63,311 bases of DNA, filler included, from Basidiobolus ranarum (GCA_040143965.1; 24 parts of 24 records of this genome joined end to end with filler, not necessarily neighbours in it); one strand, 5' to 3'. Positions 37,052-50,781 are shown, numbered from the whole stretch's first letter. Notes: a model not told the origin generated them from the sequence alone. Numbers and translations: made by a program.

Positions 37052-38070
37052 TTACCAAAGTTTTCACCTCGAAGAATACGGAGGAATGCTTCAGGTGCGT
37101 TCTCGATACCTTCCATTTTGTCTTCCTTGTACAGCATCTTGCCTTCCTTCAACCAGGTAGGCACATCCTTGGCAAATTGTGATGCGAATTCAGCAGCAAT
37201 TTCACTGACAATGAATCCTTGGAATCTGATTCTCTTACTCAATACCAAGGCAATGTTGTAAATTGGCTCAGGATTAGAAAAGCGGTTGTATTGTGAGATC
37301 ATGCCACAGACGGGAATACGAGCAAAGTCATTGCAATGCTTCAACACTGTATCCAGCATCTTACCACCGACATTCTCAAAGTACACATCAATGCCGTTGG
37401 GGCATGACTCGGACAGAGCTTGATCCAAGTCAACCTTCTTGTAGTTGAATGCGGCATCGAACTTCAACTCTTTCAATAGGTACTCAACCTTGGAGTCATC
37501 TCCGGCAGTACCTACGACTCGAAGTCCTTTGACCTTGGCAATCTGACCAACCACCTGACCAACAGCACCCGATGCAGCAGAGATGAAGATGGTTTCACCT
37601 TCCTTAGGTTCTCCGATCTTGAACAAACCTGCGTATGCAGTCATTCCAGGCATACCGAGAACTCCAAGATAGTATGACAATGGAATGGACGATTCACGAG
37701 CACCTTCAATCTTGCGCAAATCCTTGCCCCCGGAAATGATGGTGTAGTTCTCCCAGCCGACCATACTAGTGACAATATCACCTTCCTTGTATTCAGGATT
37801 CTTAGATTTGATTACTTCACTGATACCACCGGCTTGCATAACCTCACCTAGGGTGAAGGCAGGAGCGTAGGACTTGGTTCCCGCAGGACGCATTCTACCA
37901 CGCATATATGGGTCCACGGACATATACAAGTTGCGGAGGAGAACATCATTGTCATTAAGAGAGACAGAGTTGACATCGAATTCTTTGGTGACCAACTCGA
38001 TGTCTTTGCCAACGACAGGCATACCCTCGGGGACTTGTTTGAAGATTACTTGAGTGTTATTGGAAGCCAT
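37052..38070 (-). CDS. NADPH-dependent alkenal/prostaglandin reductase-like MDR oxidoreductase, copy 1 (last codons missing)
   Basis: SVDPYMRGRM, LGMPGMTAYAGL, SAASGAVGQVVGQIAK, YFENVGG, CGMISQYN, GENFGK. Confidence 0.95.
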
Positions 38071-38771
38071 GTTATTGAATTTTTGATTTAAAATGATATG
38101 AGTTCTGCAGAGGGCAGTCCCTACTTTATATAGTTGACTTTATTTTGATACCTTCTTTGAATCCTTCCATTCAATTAGTCAGCACTTTTTTTAATACGTC
38201 GACTTATCGAGACTTGGTAGTGATATTCATTAACGTTGATTACTAAATATTTAAACTCAAATGTCTATCTAATTAACTACATCATTAAAAACCTCTTTGC
38301 TCTTTGATTTCCCCACTCAATTCTCAGCTAATGAATACTTCGGTTACTCGGAAGATTTCCCGATAGGTGTGTATGCCTGTACTACTTTGGTTTTGAACAA
38401 GATGGTGATATTTCAATAATTTATATAGCATTGATTGTGGTAGAAGAATGAACCATATTTATTGTTATAAAATTTAGCCAAACTTTGGGTTGTTCATGCT
38501 TATTATATTGTTCGTAGTGGATAGATATATGTCTACAATATAAATGGTTCTTAAAGAAATATTTTAACAGTTAAGTAAAAAACTTCTTTTAGCATGCTTA
38601 TACAGCTATAGTTACATGCAATCGACATACTTCCAACTAGTATTTAAAAATGAGTTCTAAATTTTACAATATATGCACCTCAGTTCTGGTGATGTTCATT
38701 TATTCTTTATTATATCATTAATTGTTTATGCTGGGGAACGAATGCTTTACATTTTGATTTCATTACTTGAT

Positions 38772-39590
38772 TTAAAGATCAGCAAGCTTCACAACTTGCT
38801 TACCAAAGTTCTCACCTCGAAGGATACGAAGGAAGGCTTCAGGTGCGTTCTCAATACCTTCCATTTTGTCTTCCTTGTACACCATCTTACCTTCCTTCAA
38901 CCAGGTAGGAACATCTTTGGAGAATTGTGAAGCAAATTCAGCGGCAATTTCACTAACAATGAATCCTTGGAATCTGATTCTCTTGCTCAACACCAAAGCA
39001 ATGTTGTAAATTGGCTCAGGATTAGAAAAGCGGTTGTATTGTGAGATCATACCACAGACGGGGATACGAGCAAAGTCATTGCAATGCTTCAACACTGTAT
39101 CCAGCATCTTACCACCGACATTCTCAAAGTACACATCAATGCCGTTGGGGCATGACTCGGACAGAGCTTGATCCAAGTCAACCTTCTTGTAGTTGAATGC
39201 GGCATCGAACTTCAACTCTTTCAATAGGTACTCAACCTTGGAGTCATCTCCGGCAGTACCTACGACTCGAAGTCCTTTGACCTTGGCAATCTGACCAACC
39301 ACCTGACCAACAGCACCCGATGCAGCAGAGATGAAGATGGTTTCACCTTCCTTAGGTTCTCCGATCTTGAACAAACCTGCGTATGCAGTCATTCCAGGCA
39401 TACCGAGAACTCCAAGATAGTATGACAATGGAATGGACGATTCACGAGCACCTTCAATCTTGCGCAAATCCTTGCCCCCGGAAATGACAGTGTAGTTCTC
39501 CCAACCAATCATACCAGTGACAATATCACCTTCCTTGTATTCAGGGTTCTTGGATTTGATCACTTCACTGACACCACCGGCTTGCATAAC
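38772..39590 (-). CDS. NADPH-dependent alkenal/prostaglandin reductase-like oxidoreductase, copy 2 (5'-truncated)
   Basis: Nearly identical to copy 1, offset 1748 bp; ends GKQVVKLADL*. Confidence 0.93.
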   Translation of the reverse strand, partial: VMQAGGVSEVIKSKNPEYKEGDIVTGMIGWENYTVISGGKDLRKIEGARESSIPLSYYLGVLGMPGMTAYAGLFKIGEPKEGETIFISAASGAVGQVVGQIAKVKGLRVVGTAGDDSKVEYLLKELKFDAAFNYKKVDLDQALSESCPNGIDVYFENVGGKMLDTVLKHCNDFARIPVCGMISQYNRFSNPEPIYNIALVLSKRIRFQGFIVSEIAAEFASQFSKDVPTWLKEGKMVYKEDKMEGIENAPEAFLRILRGENFGKQVVKLADL

Positions 39591-39690
39591 NNNNNNNNNN
39601 NNNNNNNNNNNNNNNNNNNNNNNNNNNNNNNNNNTTAATTAATTAANNNNNNNNNNNNNNNNNNNNNNNNNNNNNNNNNNNNNNNNNNNN

Positions 39691-39931
39691 AAGGTGTAAA
39701 CAAACTGACATGTTAAATATGCTAAGGAAGGTCCCAGGAACATGTGTGCAAAGTTTGGGGCTTCTAGCACAAGTTTGAAAAATCTATATATTGGAGAACT
39801 TCTAAGTTGGTAAAAATATTCTAAGTAAATTTGGATTGAGCATAATTGATAATATCTTAGTGAATTATAAGATGACTAAGTACTAAGGTATATATGACTA
39901 TATAGGTGTTTAGGCAATGCTAATTTCAACA
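39691..39931 (-). mobile_element. Copia LTR family A (partial)
   Basis: Ends ...GCTAATTTCAACA (TGTTGAAAT on -); homologous to 62588-62908. Confidence 0.8.
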
Positions 39932-40339
39932 GATCATAGACCCCATTCAGTGGAACAGAACAGATGAAGAAAATCAAGATGGAAAAATGGCACATTCAGT
40001 TGTGCTCATGGAACATGTTAGGTGCTGGATAATGTGAAGAATGCCATTATAGATCCACAAACTATGAGTACCATACAAGCCTATTATTTGTGATGGTTTC
40101 ATTGCAAAATAAAACTTTTATTTTAGCTTAGGTTTAAGAAGGTCAAAATACATGCAAGATTTTGCTGCATTGACTGCAACTCTGTAACTTTGTGTATGGT
40201 GATGATTACTATAATAATAGATGGAGATACTGCACAGGACATTTATTCAAGTAAGCAAAGGGATATGTACCCAAGTTAATGAGTTAATGATGGTGAACCA
40301 AAACAAGAACTTCCATTTGCAAAATATACATGTTTTGGA

Positions 40340-40680
40340 TGAAATTAATATTGCCTAAGTACATATATAATCATATATAGCTTAGTACTTAGTTATCTTA
40401 TAATTCACTAAGATATTATCAATTATTCTCAATTGGAACTTATAATGTCTTTACTAACCTAGAGGTTCTCGGATATATAGATTTCTCAAGGTTGTGCTAG
40501 AAGCCCCAAACTTTGCACACATGTTCCTGAGACCTTCCTTAACACATTCTACATGTTAGTTTGTTAACATTGTGACAAAACTATACATGTCAACTTTCTA
40601 TTGAGTAAATCAATAAGTGAAAACCACCAATTCCTCTAATACTCTTAGCAGCTACCAACAGGTTCCCAAATACTTTGACA
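40340..40680 (+). mobile_element. Copia LTR family A, solo LTR
   Basis: ATTGCCTAAG...CCCAAATACTTTGACA. Confidence 0.8.
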
Positions 40681-41099
40681 GTTTCAAGTGGTACAAGTGT
40701 ATTGAGGGTATAAAAATTGATATTTGGATATAAGTCTGCTTCCTCACAACTTTGTATTTCTTGAAGTAAAGTATGGGGTATTAGTCAAACTTTTAACTCC
40801 CATAATAGCTGAAATAAGTGTGCTGACAATAACAAATATCATGAATACTGAATAAAAGTATACCAAATATATGCATGCCAAAGGCCAAACTGATGTAACC
40901 AGAAAAAGCAGAATTCAAAATAGAATTTTGTTAGCAAATTAAATTATGGTTAAAAAGCTTGTTATAACAAATATGGCAGGAATGACATCAGAAAACCATA
41001 GTGTAATTGATATAAAAGAAGTCAAAATCCTAGTTCTTGGCATTAGAAAGGATTTCTCATGGTATCTACTGCAAATATCATTAACTACTTCAATACTCA

Positions 41100-41322
41100 T
41101 AGATATAGATTTCAAATAAGGAGACCTTTGAAACTTGTTCTAGAAGCCTCAAATCTTGCACACATGTTCCTGGGACCTTCCTTAATACATTCTACATGGT
41201 AGGTTATCTACATCTTGACAACACTGTAACTGTCAACTAATTACTCAATCAATCATCATAAGAAAACCATCAACTTCTCTAATTCTCCAAACCACATCCA
41301 ACAGATTCCCAATACTCCAACA
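41100..41322 (+). mobile_element. Copia LTR family A fragment
   Basis: GCACACATGTTCCTGGGACCTTCC...CCCAATACTCCAACA. Confidence 0.7.
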
Positions 41323-42329
41323 ACTACATCCTACTTTTATATAGTGCAACTCCTCAAACTTATTCCTTCTCTATAACTTCTCCAAGTCCTATATATAATA
41401 TTATAAGTTGCTTTTAAAGTATGCAGATAGCTATGTTTTGCTATCCCTATCAATGTCAGTCAATCTTGAAGCCAAAGTGAATCAATCAGCAAAATTACAA
41501 TGAAGGGACTTGAGCTGATTCCAAATGGAAAAAATATTGAAAAATTCAATCATCATGTCATGAACACAATAACATTTTTTCACCAATCTAACCTAAAAAA
41601 TCACCAAAACAAGCAAAACTATGCCATATGAAGTAGGAATTAGCACACAGTTTGGTTTTGCCCTAGATGGATCAAGATGAACTGGACTATAATCAGTCAT
41701 GAAGCAAGAACTCTGAGTGGAAACATAACATGCTAAATGAATGCATTGGTTATAGCAATTCTTTATTCATTACAGTAAGTGCATCCCAATGTGATGCTTT
41801 GTTTCTTTCATTCAAAATATGTTATGATTGAGTCTGATAAGCAAATAGTAGAAAGTCAAAGATGTGTGGATTTGAAGCAATATTGATCTACTAGATTAAA
41901 ATATAGAAGACTAATTGCAAATAGTTGCTTAGATTTCCATATGAGCCATATATAATATCAAGACTGCTCCAAATATGAGTGAGACTGACCTCAGTGTATT
42001 TACATTGCATCAAGGCTGTATGTAAGCTTGCTGTTGATCCATATATCCATTTAGTTGCTCAATTGAATATAATTACATTGTCAATTTCAGGTTGGATATG
42101 CTACCAACTTGGAGCAGCGATTTATCAGGTAATTGAGTCATCAAAGGTCACCTTTTTAGTAAGCAAAAGATTTCTCCTACGCACAGATTCAGTATTATAT
42201 GTTAATTTGGATCTAATCTTGCTACTTAANNNNNNNNNNNNNNNNNNNNNNNNNNNNNNNNNNNNNNNNNNNNTTAATTAATTAANNNNNNNNNNNNNNN
42301 NNNNNNNNNNNNNNNNNNNNNNNNNNNNN

Positions 42330-42998
42330 TTGCCATTTGCTTGCAAAAACCCAGGATAAGCCACATGAAATAAGTCAAGAACCTTCAGAGTAACGCCTGG
42401 TTTTTGGTTTTTCCACAATTAACTCAAATCCAGGTGATTTTGGGCAAGATTCTGCACAGTTTCCAAAATGTTAAACCACTCATCATCACAGCAAGTGATG
42501 GCAGCTCTGACATTCAGAGTACTTTGGTTAGCAAGTTTTCCTATAAGATTTCTACTTTCATGTGGTCAAGTAATTATGTGTTGTTGTGTAGGCTCAATTG
42601 TGAAACACACATTCTTCTCTGCTAGATTGTCATGGTGATTCTCATATGTATGATGTGGAATTGATTGAAATCCCATATGAGAATGGATGAAGGGAGCAGC
42701 ATGTTGCTATAGCTCAAGTACAGCATTCAGATGTCTTTGTATCATTATTGCATGACTCTCAAGCTAATGACTAGTTGCTTCAGAATGCAGCACTAATTGC
42801 AATAAAGATTTCATTACTTCAAGTTTACCATCTGAAAAATTCAATGCCATTCAAAAGGCATTTAAAAGTCTACATCAGAGTTGACTTTCAAGCAAAAGCC
42901 TGCTGGCAGAAAAGGAACAAAACCAGCAAAAACAAAGGACTTAGTTGATGAGCAGTCTAGCAATCTACTATCCACTTTGGAAGGCATTAACATGCTGG
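42330..42998. mobile_element. CACTA ORF2 fragments in opposite orientations
   Basis: - strand piece to ~42815, + strand piece from ~42820. Confidence 0.75.
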
Positions 42999-43100
42999 TG
43001 CAGTGCAGCAGCATTGCTACTGACTGGCAGGTTGACTTATTTCCATTCTTAGGTCATATCATCACTATCCAACAATTTATACTTTCTTATCCATATCCAA
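42999..43100 (+). mobile_element. LTR-like repeat family C terminus
   Basis: Reverse complement of ~14335-14432. Confidence 0.5.
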
Positions 43101-43129
43101 CTTGCAAATGAAAACATTCATTTTGGGTT

Positions 43130-44690
43130 ATGGAGAAATCACAACTAGAAAGGTTTTTCATGGGATATGACCTCTTAATAAATGCCATTGGAATTGGAGC
43201 ACCTCAAGTCAATTTAGCTAGAGCTTCTGAAGAGAAAGTTTATACTTTTAGGGATGTACTGCATCTTCCAGATATTGCCAAGAATTTACTGCATCTATGC
43301 AAGGCCACATCAGAAGGGCCAAAATTCTATTTTGGTAAGTCTGGATGCATCATCACTGCTCAAAATGAGATTTATTTAGCTTTAGTAGAAAAGAATAAGA
43401 GCTTACACACATGCACATATAATCCCAGAGGTTTATGTGTAAAGTAAGTTAGTCAAGTTGCAAAACTATTTAACTATAGCATTAGATATTTGGTCATTGT
43501 GAATTTGATTATTTGAGCAAACTGACCAAAAATTGCCTAATTTTGGGAATTCACTTTTACCCCCTAACCAAGATGGAAATTTGTGAGGGTTGTACATATG
43601 GAGAGCAAGCCATGCAGCTGTTCAAGAGCTCTGGTTTAATTAAACCTATCATAAAATTGGATTTAATTCATTGAGACTTGGATGTACTGATGCAAAATTT
43701 ATCTTTAGGTGGAAAAAGGTATTTAATGATATTTATTGATGATTATTCAAGATACACATGAGTCTACTTTATGGAAAGAAAAAATAGTGCTCTCTACCTT
43801 TAGAGACTTTAAACCATTTGTGAAGACTTAAACTGGAACTAAAGTCATGAAAATACATACTGATAATGGTGGGTAATATACTGCCATATAAATTAATCAC
43901 TTTAATCAAGATCATAAAATTAAGCAAGAAACTACTTCAGCCAGTTGACCTCAAGAAAAGGAGTTGCTCAAAGAGCTAACAGGACTATAATAGAAATGGC
44001 AAGATCTATGATAAATGCACTAAATATATCTAAATACTTTTGAGTGGAATCTGTGGCTATAGCTATCAATCTGAAGAATAGGAGTTTTACTCAAAGTCTG
44101 GTCAACTCTACCCCTTTTCAAGCTTAGTTCTGAGTTAAGCCTGAAGTAATACATTTGAAGATCTTTGGATGCATTGCTTATGTCAAAGCTGTGACAGAAC
44201 ATTGGTCCCAACTTGATCCCAAACATAAAAAAGCATATTACTGGGTTATTTACTCAAACTAAGGCCCACAAACCATAACATACCAAAATTGTAAAGTTAT
44301 TTAAGTCCACAGATGAATTTTTCAATGAAAATGAAAAATGTTGAACTACAATTACCACAGATGCTGAAAATAGTCAACTCTCTCTTGATCCATTCATTGA
44401 AATAGCTTAAAGTAAAATAATGAACAAAATAGCACACTTGAGAACCCTTCACACATAAGTAGCCCTGATTACTATATCAATCAGTCCCAAATTTAGGCCT
44501 TGGCCTGCACAGCTCAAATATATGAGTCCCTGGCTGTGAAAGAGGCCTTAAATCGCTCTCATGCAGAATTTTGGAGATCTGCAATGGCTGATGAGTACCA
44601 GGCTTTGATTGATGATAAAACTAAGATTTTAACAAACCTACTTGATGATGGAAAATGAATTGGCTGCCATTTGGTGAATAAAGTCAAATA
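43130..44690 (+). mobile_element. Degenerate Ty1/copia pol (protease end, integrase, RT start)
   Basis: DVLHLPDIAKNLL, CEGCTYG, FIDDYSRYT, TDNGG*Y, RANRTIIEMARSM, IFGCIAY. Confidence 0.88.
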
Positions 44691-44867
44691 TGAGTCTTAT
44701 TGTATATTTTCTTGCAGACTTCTGAAGGCATGAAGATATAGTATTCTCTCCAAAGTAGAGTTGAAAGTTGCTTCCACTTTTGTCTAATGCCCCCTTCCCC
44801 AGCTTCTGTCAAGTTTATCAATAACTCCCATATATCCAAGCAAGAATTCATAGTGGATACCTGGGCA
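44691..44867 (+). mobile_element. LTR-like repeat family B nested in the copia pol
   Basis: Matches 2474-2554; starts TG. Confidence 0.6.
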
Positions 44868-44967
44868 NNNNNNNNNNNNNNNNNNNNNNNNNNNNNNNNN
44901 NNNNNNNNNNNTTAATTAATTAANNNNNNNNNNNNNNNNNNNNNNNNNNNNNNNNNNNNNNNNNNNN

Positions 44968-47505
44968 GTCAGGATTTCACCTGAGAGATATGCACCAAGC
45001 AAGAATCTTGTAGGAAAACCAGACAGCTAAAAGACTTTAATTGTCAAAGCTGCTGTCACTTCCTCCAGTGATAGGAAAACTAGAAAACCAAAATACTCTG
45101 AATGTCAGAGTTGCCATCACTTGCTCTGATGATGAGTGGTTTAACATTTTCAAAGCTATAAGGAATCTTGCTCAAAATCACCTTTATTTGGGCCAGTCAT
45201 GGAAAAGTCAAAGACCAGGGGTTACTCAGAAGGTTCTTGACTTATTTCATGTAGTTTATCCTGGGTTTTTACAAGCAAATTGCAATTGGCCCAGTATAGT
45301 CCTCTTCATGAAATATCTCAAAAATGTACACAATTATTATGTTGGAACAGAAACAAAGTAGCTACAAATGTACCCAAGCAGCAAGAAGCTGGAAAACCTG
45401 AGGGAAAAGCAAAGGAGCAAGTGTTTATTGCTCTAATATCTCACTAACCAATTTCTTCATGCCATTACAAAGACCTGAATTTCTTGAGTCAGATTTACCA
45501 GCATAGATATAGGCATAAAGGCTTGACTTTACTGTGTCACCAAGAACATCAGTTGCAAGAGTTCAAAAGTTGTAAGTTTATTCAACACTTGGCACCTCTC
45601 AACAAGCCAAGCTATCAGCAAATAATACTCTTTGCTCTCCAACCTCAACTGGCACTCTTAAGAGTATCCAAATACACCTCAAACTTAAAGGCAAGTAAAA
45701 ATCCACCCAAACATCACAGAGTACACCAAGTAGTGTCACACTACCAGGATGTAAAAACTAGTAAAAGGGCTTGAGGAGTACTTTAAAAGTATGAAGGGAA
45801 AAGCACAAAGCAAGTATGCAGCAAGTGGCTTCAGAAGAAGCATATTCATGTTGCCATTCAGTCTAGTGTTTACCATTTGCATACTTGGGAAGAACCTAAC
45901 ATCACAATTGGCTCAAATCCAGGTGATTTTGGCCAAGATTCCACACAGTCTCCAAAATGTTAAACCCCTCATCATCAAAGCAGGTGACAGCAGCTCTGAC
46001 ATTCAGAGTCTTTTGGTTTACTGGTTTTCCTATACATTTTCTACTTTCATGTGCCCATGCAATTTTTGATTGTTATGTAGGCTTAATGGTCTAACACATA
46101 TTATACTCTGCTAGATTGTCACAATGATGTTCATCTGTATGGTGTGGGATTGATTGAAGTCCTGTATGAGAATGGATGGTAAGAGCAGCATGTTGCTATA
46201 TCTCAAGTTCAGCATTCTGAAGGTCTTGTATCATTGTTGAGCAACTCTCTAACTTTTGACTTCTAGGTTCCAAACACTGCATTAATTATAATATAGTGGC
46301 ATTATTGTCTGTCACCACCTGTATAGCCACTTCATAGTTTTTACTTGTGATTGCACACAAATCATTATGGTGTTCTGCTAGAAATTCCGCTGTTGTAATA
46401 ATTCTTTCCAAATTTTCTACAGAGGCTTGTTCAGTGCTTGGCAAGGTAGCAATTTTGGAAGTTGATGGTCTTGGCAGTGTTTCTATTGAACTTTGCTCAA
46501 TTATTGACTTATTGCATGATTGGGGAATTGCAATCTCTTAACTTGCACTGTTGCTGGAAAGGAACCCATCTGGTAAATTGATAGATGCTTCATCATTAGT
46601 TGACTTAGTTTCTAGCATATCAATGCCTGCCAAAGTGGATAGTGTATTGCTAGATTGCTCATCAATAAAGTCCTCTGTTCTTGCTGGTTTTTTTACTCTT
46701 GTGCCAGCTGGCTTTGGCTTGGAAGTCAATTTTAATTTAGATTTTCAAAGCTTTTTGAATGGCATTAAAATTTTCAGATGGTAAAGTTGGTATAATGGCA
46801 TTGCTTAGAAACAGCCTAAAATAAACCAAAATTGCCATCCATTACCGGAAATATCTTATAAATCCCCTGATGACTCATCTTTGACACCATCTCTGAGTCA
46901 GCTGATGATATCAACTGGCTATATCTAAAATACTACCCTTGCATTGGAGATGTTATTTTTCCTGCAATATTCTTCTCATGCCACAACATATTTGTTTAAA
47001 AAAGCCTGGCTATTATTGTCACAAATTCTTGTGCTGTGTAAGCTGGAGGCTTGATAGAAACAATAATCACAAGCACAGTCACTGCACAAAGCCTGTCAAA
47101 TAGCATCATTAACAAGTACAAAATAGACTTTAGTTATACTCACTGAGTTCACTGGCTATGCTTTGCATCAAAGTTTTAGTGAGACTGCCAAAAGTCAAGA
47201 TACCACGGAGTTGCCACAGTTATATGCCAAGAAAGATGTAGGTAGAAATTCAACTTTGTTCAAACCTATAAGTCCAGACAACTTTGAGGACATGCTGCTT
47301 GATGTTGACCTTGGTTATTCCAGTACTCATGGTAGTATATCAGTAGTAGGAGAAGAAGACAGCAGTTTTGTTATGGACTCTTTATTATTGGCAAGCAATA
47401 GTCCACTCATACACCCACAGTAAAGGAAGCAGCTTTGATTATTGAGGACTGGTGTGTTCAATTTAACCTTAGTAACCAGGTGTTTATTGATTATTTTACA
47501 CTTTT
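44968..47505. mobile_element. CACTA family: ORF2 (+, to ~45890), inverted ORF2 (-, ~45900-46790), promoter and transposase 5' part (+)
   Basis: Homologous to the other copies; the segment at ~45090-45200 recurs inverted at ~45905-46020. Confidence 0.8.
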
Positions 47506-49341
47506 NNNNNNNNNNNNNNNNNNNNNNNNNNNNNNNNNNNNNNNNNNNNTTAATTAATTAANNNNNNNNNNNNNNNNNNNNNNNNNNNNNNNNNNNNNNN
47601 NNNNNGTTACCCAAGGTAAGGTGATGATTACATAGATTGCACATAATTCACAACTAATTAAATTCTGTTGCTTTTACCACACCTCAAATAGATGATAATA
47701 CCTCATTCATCTTTAGTTTGGACAGTATTCCCAGTTAAACTACCTTGCAGATACTCACTTTTGTCATGATACTGAATCATTGGTAAATAAAGGAACCAGT
47801 CTCGATTGATATTGAGTATCCCACGATTGTATCCCACGGTTGCAGTAGTTCAATGTTTATTCTTATTGCTTTAATTGATATCAGAATACGACTGCGCATA
47901 GCAGCAATGCTACAATTTTTAATATTCTTAATCAGCAATGTTTCTCAAAGAATTCCTCTATATTTGAAGATAGTTAACAAATCAACTCTCTATGTAAAAT
48001 GAGTACCTTACGCCGTCCATTTTTTGTCTCTAAGTTAAATGCTCAGAAGACTTCCGCAATTCGCAAAGTAAATAAGTTAAAGCTTAAGTTGCTGTAGGGG
48101 AAGCGGATCCTAATATTAGTAGCTAAATAGATATCTATAAGCCGTAACTGTAACTGCGAAAATCTGAATTTTATAAACAAGTGGTTTCTACACTATTAAA
48201 TCCAATTTAATTACTCTAAATCCGATAAATATATCGTTATGGACATTGATATATTTGCTATATATTGTCAAGGTTCATTGATTGTTGAGAATCAATGCCA
48301 ATTCTTTTGTGTACCTTGACCGTCTGATCAGAGTTGACGCGCGTGATCGCCCCAAAAGTGATCTGAGTGATCTATTACTGGTAGTGCTGAATGGTAGTGA
48401 TGACAGAAAGAAGCGATCTGTGAGACAATTAAGGCACATATCAAGATCTGTGTGATTATTAAGGCGCATGCCAACATACCTGGAATCACGGTGGATGCAG
48501 TTATATGTTCGCCTGAGATTATAATATGAGTGTAGTAACATTAATACTCAATATGGCTTCTCAGTACTCTCTTACTCATGGATTGTCTAGTATTATTCAT
48601 TATATCCTAATTCATTGGTCATAGGTTAATCTAGAGAATATATTGTCCAGTTTATATCGAATAGTGATCGGATCTATAATAATTGTATGTTTTTAATCAA
48701 GTCAGTGCTAGTATCTACTTGAGCTATAATTACGAGATATTGTTCAATTTTTACCAAGCTCTGGTTGCATCTGCTTTGATAAAATTATGGCCAGTAACTA
48801 TGCTGCTTAAATTATGTTGAAAACCATTCCATTAATATAAGATAAAACGTGACTTATTATAATTTCTCATATGGTACATTTCTCTATGTGAATGATGGGT
48901 TATTATCGTGCTTTTGTGAGGATTTCGCATTTATTATTTGACTGAGAATTTAAGAGTAAATCTATGAAGTAACTACTTGTAGTTGTATAATTTCATTGCT
49001 GCAAAATTTGGACACTGGATTATAATAGACAAGACACTGAGAACCTGGGGTTATTACGTAGAACAATTCGTGGCTTTATTCTTCTCACGGAAGCGTGGTG
49101 ATTGTGTTTATCAAAGTAGATCAAGGAGGTTACCGGAGGTTATATCGCTAAATATCAATTTAATTCCGTAGCCTTGTAGCATGGTTATGCATTTACAGAG
49201 CCCTATATAACCAGATAAGTTACCAACGAATAAATAGCATCATACTTTAGTTCCTAACTAAATTAGAAACAGATTTACATTAACAAGATTTCTTATATCA
49301 ACACTCTAATACTTCTTGATTTATTGTTATCCAAGTAACAA

Positions 49342-50143
49342 ATGCACTTATCTTCAATCAAATTGCTTTTTGTTCTTTCTTCTGCTTGGGTTATCGCTGG
49401 AGCTAGTGTTGCTGAGAGAGATTATTCTCCTTCTCATCACAGTAATATGTACGAAGCAAATAAGGATTGGGACAACCAGGAATATCCGGGATGGAGAAAC
49501 GATCAAGATGAATATGCCAGTCGTTGGGAGAACAAGGATCACAAACGCCATGGTGACTACAATCATGACGATGACCAAGATTTAGATATTGAACATGGTG
49601 GCTACGAACGAGGTAGTAACAGATATGAAAATCGTCATGATAAATACACAAATGATTCTCATCATGATGAAGAGGATTGGGATTATGATAATGAAGGCAG
49701 TAGAAAAGGTAGAGACAGCCACTATGATAATAATGTCCCATCCGGAGAGGATATTAGTGGGGAGAACGGGTCATTGAACTCTGGTTCACCAGCTGGTGGG
49801 GATGATGATGCACCAAGCGGTCAAGGAAATGTTGATCCAGCAGCTGGAAATGGCACTGCTGAAACAACAGGAAGTAAGGAGACCACGAAACCTGGAAGCT
49901 CACCAGCTGGAGATGCCACGAATATTCATGAGGATGATAACTGTCGTAGGAATCTTGTCGATGGGCGTATAGATGTACTTGGCATCAAAGCAAATGTCTG
50001 CCTTGACTTGGATTTGGCTGGTAATATTCTCAATAATGACCGAGATACAACCTCTTCGGGAGTTCCCAGTGGCCTCACTGAGGGATTCCCAAATGTCGTT
50101 CCCGCAGGTAAATCCAATGGCTTACCTGGAGGTTCAGCAGGTG
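49342..50143 (+). CDS. Secreted His/Asp-rich, Gly/Ser-rich protein (3'-truncated)
   Basis: Signal peptide MHLSSIKLLFVLSSAWVIAGA; open ORF of more than 265 aa; CTATATAA at ~49203. Confidence 0.85.
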
Positions 50144-50243
50144 NNNNNNNNNNNNNNNNNNNNNNNNNNNNNNNNNNNNNNNNNNNNTTAATTAATTAAN
50201 NNNNNNNNNNNNNNNNNNNNNNNNNNNNNNNNNNNNNNNNNNN

Positions 50244-50781
50244 ATATTTGATCATCATCATCGACGATTCGCAAGCACACTTCGCTGGAAGGATGCCCTA
50301 ACGTACCAAATTCCTTCCCAGGTAAACGGGTGCTTGCATAATTCACAGTACCTAAAAAGTATAAAGCTCAATAGATTGAATATGAAACGAACTTTAAGCG
50401 GGGACTTACTTCTTTTTACTGTGAGAAAGCCATTGAATCAAACTTTGAAGTATAAGAGATAACTTTGATTAGCTACAACTGAAATAGAATACCATATGCT
50501 AATATGTATATACTTACCAGTCTTGGTGGACATATTTGATACTTCCAGAACATTTACACGGATAAAATAAAGGATCTTCTGGCGTTCCTTCTGACCGACA
50601 AACTCGACATATTTCTACTGCTCAACAAAAGTAATGTTAGCCATAATTAACAAATTACTTTGACATTAGGGGAAAATATTTCGAAAACAAAATTATTGGA
50701 GGATTATTTCGTCTTTGGCTTTGAAAAATAGAAAAACGGTGTTTTGTCGTAGCAAGTAAATATACCTTCATCATCTTCCAT
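50244..50781 (-). CDS. DOA10: ERAD E3 ligase Doa10/MARCH6 N-terminal RING-CH; exons 50766-50781, 50518-50617, 50410-50442, from 50351
   Basis: MEDDE(V)[53 protein letters not shown], with GT-AG introns; missed by the ORF track. Confidence 0.88.

Noticed and set aside
48275-48541. Protein kinase relic (IHRD, intron-like segment, FG)
   Set aside because: Motifs are not in a consistent frame; insufficient support.
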